Origin: Saccostrea cucullata
Taxonomy: Eukaryota
Assembly: GCF_032062105.1 (NCBI RefSeq)
Contig: NW_026936106.1
Coordinates: 1 to 64,000, forward strand
Direction of reading: 5' to 3'
Length of the DNA: 64,000 bases
Shown: positions 59,101 through 64,000 of the stretch, one piece after another
Position numbering within the stretch: the stretch's first letter is position 1
Layout: each line of letters opens with the position of its first letter
Notes under the pieces: generated by a model
What the model saw: the letters and a program-made list of their open reading frames with translations, nothing else
The model's database searches: none
Told to the model about the DNA's origin: nothing
Program-made: the position numbers and the translations under genes

Positions 59101-61426
59101 ATAATTTGATGAAGAAACAATTATGTAGAAGTACATGATCCACTGTGGTTTATTTTCAATACACAAAAATTCACAAATGAGGTCGGGATCGGTATTCAAT
59201 CAGGGTCAAGGTCGAAGTGAAAGTAGACTTAGCAGAAAGTTATCAAAACTGGTCAGTGCAGTGTTTAGCAGTTTATAGGTGATGGGCATTTGTATTTTAC
59301 ACAGGCGGTAAGAGGTATACCTTAGTACAGTATTTGTAAATAGCAATTTAATGTTTTTGGAACATGATGATTGACAGGTCACATACAGGACATACATCAT
59401 TTCAGATCAGTTGCGCGCTGTCAAGCTGGGTACAGTGTCTGGGAGTTAAACGATGTGTGTGGACATGTACATTAACTAATTTTTCTCATATTTTTTAGCA
59501 ATTGCATTACATGTATTTGTTGAATGTACAATTATTGTCAGTAAAACATGCTTTTTACCTATTCTGCTGAATTAACTTAATTACCAATGTTAACAGTGTG
59601 ATTTCAAGTGGAAGCAAATTCATCATTTTTAATTAATTTCAAATTAGGGGCATAAAAGGAATATGGTAAAATTGTATGTGTTGAATGTCTGTGTGTCTGT
59701 ATGTCTGTCTGCAAATGTGATATTGTGCCATTTATTGTATTGATTTTTTTTTTAGGTTCATGGTGATTGGTACAGGAAAACTATGAGGTTCATGCAGATG
59801 GTGTTTAAAACTATTGGCCAGCAAATGCAAATACATCTTGAAACATCATCAGCAAAATGTGACAGTCGGCAAAATGTGTAAGTTAAAATTTCTTTTAAAA
59901 AAATTTCATTGAAGTGGAGGTGGGGTGGGGAGTGGGGGTGGGGGTGGGGGTGGGGGGTGTACATATTGAATAGGTGATAAGAATATGGAAGTATTTATCT
60001 ATAACTAATCTGTACATGCACTGCTATATACATTTTGCAGCTCATATAGATTTTCTTTTCTTATTTAAGAATTTCAAATTAATTAGATCTACATCTTTGT
60101 TTGTAAATTATGTATTATTAAGATTACACGGATATAAGAATTGACATTTCATAAATGTTTGACTGTCAAAATTATGCCCTTTGTCAAAAATTCAAAATTT
60201 TGTCTCATTTTCCTACAAATTACAAAATGGTTACCATGGAAACAAAACAGCTTTACTAGATTATTTATTAAATCTGCAAAACCACATATTTTTATTTTTT
60301 AAAGTTATAATGAATATATTATCACTGATTTTGTCTTAAATGAAAAGTACGGGAAAAGTGATGATACACATGTATTGAGCTATCCATTATTATGATGTCA
60401 TTGTGACGTCATAGATGACTAAATTTGCATTGGCATAAAAATTGCTTTGAAACAAATGATTCTATATAGGAGTATAAAGGCTTATAACTTTTTTATTCAT
60501 AGACCAAATTTCATGAATGATATGTCAATGGACAGGAAATAATCAGTACTTTCTTATTTTACTACATTCGGGGTATTTGTTAACTTAATTTTTTGGTCAT
60601 TTCTGGAGAAACTATGACTTATAGGGTGAAAAATGGTCATATTTTGTGCGGAAATACATAAATTTTTTAAAATAAGTGAAATTGACCCAATTAAATGCTT
60701 GATTATGATTTGACTATATGTATTTAAAGTTATGAAGCAGAATAAGAATGGTATAAATGTGTTAATAAGCTAAAATTTGACTTAAAACTTGGGAGCAGTT
60801 TTGGCTAGATTGGAGCATTTTTTAAGGATATTACACATGGAATTGTAAATGCTGTAAAATCTGAATTAATGGTTGAATTTTCATGAAACTTGGCATGATG
60901 TCTCTACTTATGCTCTAGATTGACAAACAGTGTGAAATATTGTAAAATCAAAAAAATGCTTTCTCATATTGGGTACATCCCACTAATTATTTTTAGAATC
61001 GGTAGGAGAAGAAAGTAGTGCAGAAAAAATTACAAGTTCCTTAATTTGCAGACTTGCATAAAAAAAATTGGGCAGATGTACTGAACTGAGCCTCACACTT
61101 GTTAATTAGCAGTATCTTTCCTACCAAAAAAGCTTGGCAAATGTAATTTATCAAGAAGATCAGCCGAATTATTTTGTGTATTATAACGCCAGTGAGAACT
61201 CTGAAATTTCCCTACTTTCACTTTCATTTTTAGAGGTTCCCGCAGACAGACGCATTTTGCCGGAAAACGAATCTGACATGCCACCTCGAGATTTTAACCA
61301 AGGAAAGACAAGTTGATGTGCTTTGATTTGAGGGGTCACTCACTTCTGAACGAAAATTAGGGACATCGCTATGAGAAGAAACGTTAACATTGTCGCCTAT
61401 GGGAAAACAATTAGTGGACTGTACCC
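53129..61426. repeat. Tandem array, period ~2.61 kb: four 456-bp MITEs (53129-53584, 55746-56201, 58358-58813, 60971-61426) alternating with three ~2.16-kb spacers; outer TSD ATCT
   Basis: MITE TIRs gggtacatcccactaatt / aattagtggactgtaccc; units differ only by a few SNPs and homopolymer lengths. Confidence 0.93.
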
Positions 61427-64000
61427 ATCTCGACGCAAAATGTAATAACGCAAAATGTAATGATCAGAAAATTGTGTTATTACATTTTGCGTTATTACAT
61501 TTTGCGTTGATCTCGACGCAAAATGTAATAACGCAAAATGTAATAGTCCTCAAAAGTGTGCTGTTACATTTTGCGTTATTACATTCTGCGTTGATTTCAA
61601 CGCAAAATGTTATAACACAAAATGTAACAATCCAGGTTTATTACATTTCGCGTTGATATTACATTTCGCGTTGTAACAATGCTTACTCCTCTAGGTACCC
61701 GTTCCAATCTCTGGATCTCTGGTATTCCCGGGGGGGGGGGGGGGGCCGTATTTATGCCCTGCCCACATGTTTGTATTGTTTGTATATTTTTCGACATAAA
61801 TCAATACTCATTATCCTCACTTTTTTTTCATTTCAGAAATATTCAACTTTTAGATAGAATGGGTTCAGACGCCATTAAAAAACACAATGCATTTACTTTT
61901 CCGTAATTTAAACACAATACCTCGGATTGAAACCTGGTCCGTTCATATTTAAAAATAAATCTTTATAGCTAGAATCATTTAATATAAACGTACCCATTTT
62001 CGACTAAATAAGTCTAAAAACAATTTTCAATCAATATGCCTTTCAGAACAATATATGAATCTAATATGTTGAAGATGACATTACCGACAACATAATTTTA
62101 GAAAAATCAAACTTTTCCGGGTGATTGTCCTCGCCTTGTACACTTTTTTCTCTCTTTTATAAATCTATGATAAAGAGATTATAATGCAACTTGTGTAATA
62201 TTTCACTTATTTTCACACTATCATTAGACATCAGAACTTAATTAAAACTAAGAATCTGAAACAGAATCTATGAAGATAAAAGTTTAATTAAAATTTGGCA
62301 TTAAATCCCCATAGACAGATCCAGAAAAGCGGATAAAGGTTAGGGGATCAAGACCTGATAATTTTTTCAATTTCACTAAAACTTAAGAATATTAAAGTAA
62401 TCATATCAAAATAACCCCCCCCCTCCCTCCTTCCCAAGAAACGCAAACTCTTAACAGTCAGTCTACGATAAAAGAATATAGTTCCAGAAGTTCACTGATT
62501 TTCAGGGATATGTTATGATTTCTATGAAAAAAGATCCATGCATTTCTTTGAGAAATGTGGTAACCATTTGTTTTCTTTTTATTACATGAATTTCTTTTAA
62601 ATATTTCATGCAATCTCTTCTTAACGCTTATTTGAGTAAATGAACGAAGCGGCATTACGATTTGAAGTTGAATGCGTTTTAATTAATCATTAAATTATCA
62701 AATCAAAACTTAGAATGCATATATATGCCACTAAATATTTACAAAACCCTGTGTATATGTAAAGTCTAAGAGTTGAAATCGATCTTTAAAATTTTACAAT
62801 ATTACATGTAAATTGGTGAGCAACATGAAAATTCTTAATTCGGTATGTTTTTGTTGATGAATGACTGTCATAAGTTGATAGGAAAAATGAGAATATATAT
62901 GGAAGAATGTAGCTTGTCCACCAATTAAGCCGACCCCATCCCCAACCATAAAATAGGATTTTTGTATTGGGATCTTTTAGTGTTATGGACAACAATGTAA
63001 CCCCCTCCCGTTTCCCGAAGAAATTTATGCTTGAGCAATCCTTTATTCCGGAATGAAAAAATGGAACTTAACATATAAAATAACAAAATAAAAACGTCAT
63101 TACAGTTGCTTCCATTAGAAATTAAAAAAGATACTGTCACGAAAGGTTCAAAATGTTATAGATAGGGGTATAATTTATTTTATTAAAAGAAAAATAAGTA
63201 ACGTCAGGTGCCTGTGTGTTTGTACTCTCCTAAGTAACTTACCAAGAGGCCACACTACTTTTTCTATAATTTATATACTTAAATACATATGTATCACGCT
63301 CACCGATTGAGCATAAAATGCTTAAGGTGAGCATATGACACATGGACCTCCTACGGACTGGGACATTGTTGAAATGTAAGAGGAGTCTTGGGAAGAAAAT
63401 ATTGTACAGTACTGTTGTAAACACAAAGTAACGTCAATAAATTATTTTACTAATTGCACTAGGCCTAAATGCTATATGTATACTCGAAAAAAGTATAGCT
63501 GTCATGACAACAAAGATAGCTTTCTGGATATTTTCTACGCAAACATAATATAGCTCTGGAAAAGTTGGGTAGGTGCATATTTGATGTAATTGCCAGGTTA
63601 TAAAGAAGACCTTGTGGTCGAATTTGATAGCTTACGTTTGATAAAGATTCATATTAAACATTACAATAAATGTTTTATTGAAATAATGTCAACAGTCCAT
63701 TCCAGAGGATGATTAGTCGAAAAATGACCATTAGATGCGTGAAAAACGCGTGCTACAGATGTTTATGGAGGGGTAGATGAAACAAAAATATGATTATCTT
63801 TAAATATACCAAGAATAAGTCTTATATTGGTTGAAGTAGTTCTATTATTAGTAAGAAAACGTATATAAAGGACATTTTTTGTCTAAATGTGCAGACAGAA
63901 ACTTCGAATGATCCAAACAAATATAGCTAGTGATCCAAATCAAGTAGATTTTCGAATAGCACTTTGTATACAGTGACCTCTAGATGCTTCTACACATGTA

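Larger units (their letters stand above)
51400..61678. mobile_element. Non-autonomous TGT...ACA TIR element with 6-bp TSD ATGCTT and subterminal aacgcaaaatgtaat arrays, inserted in a Penelope 3' tail
   Basis: atgctt|tgttacaacgcgaaat ... atttcgcgttgtaaca|atgctt; the flanks rejoin as gggatgcttactcctc. Confidence 0.85.

Noticed and set aside
53260-61316. Repeated 60-68 aa ORFs in the 2.6-kb array
   Set aside because: No recognisable motifs; they recur only through DNA duplication.
63239-63424. Possible first exon (MCHMLTLSILCSI-G|gtgagc) of the lectin gene
   Set aside because: Donor is plausible, but the linking exon(s) and phase could not be established.

Overview
AT-rich, repeat-dense eukaryotic genomic DNA; the repeat types and gene families suggest a bivalve mollusc, probably oyster-like (inference). 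Genes: (i) a complete 10-exon NEIL3 DNA glycosylase gene (+, 17682-29270, 569 aa); (ii) a small spliced ORF encoding a 72-aa signal peptide/RSRR/cationic peptide precursor (+, 15837-16055); (iii) the 3' three exons of a C-type-lectin/mucin/transmembrane gene (-, 46375-48894). Mobile DNA dominates the rest. A 13.6-kb head-to-tail BEL/Pao LTR-retrotransposon array (30993-44574) holds 4 LTRs, one intact gag-pol and two rearranged units inside a single ACAGT target-site duplication (TSD). A 10.3-kb TGT...ACA element with a 6-bp TSD (51400-61678) contains an 8.3-kb MITE-[2.16-kb permuted cargo]x3-MITE array bounded by its own 4-bp TSD. A second MITE-cargo-MITE composite lies in NEIL3 intron 8. Penelope-like fragments, tRNA-derived SINEs, Helitron/HINE-like repeats, several MITEs and palindromes make up the remainder. 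All coordinates were read by eye; TE family assignments are not database-verified.
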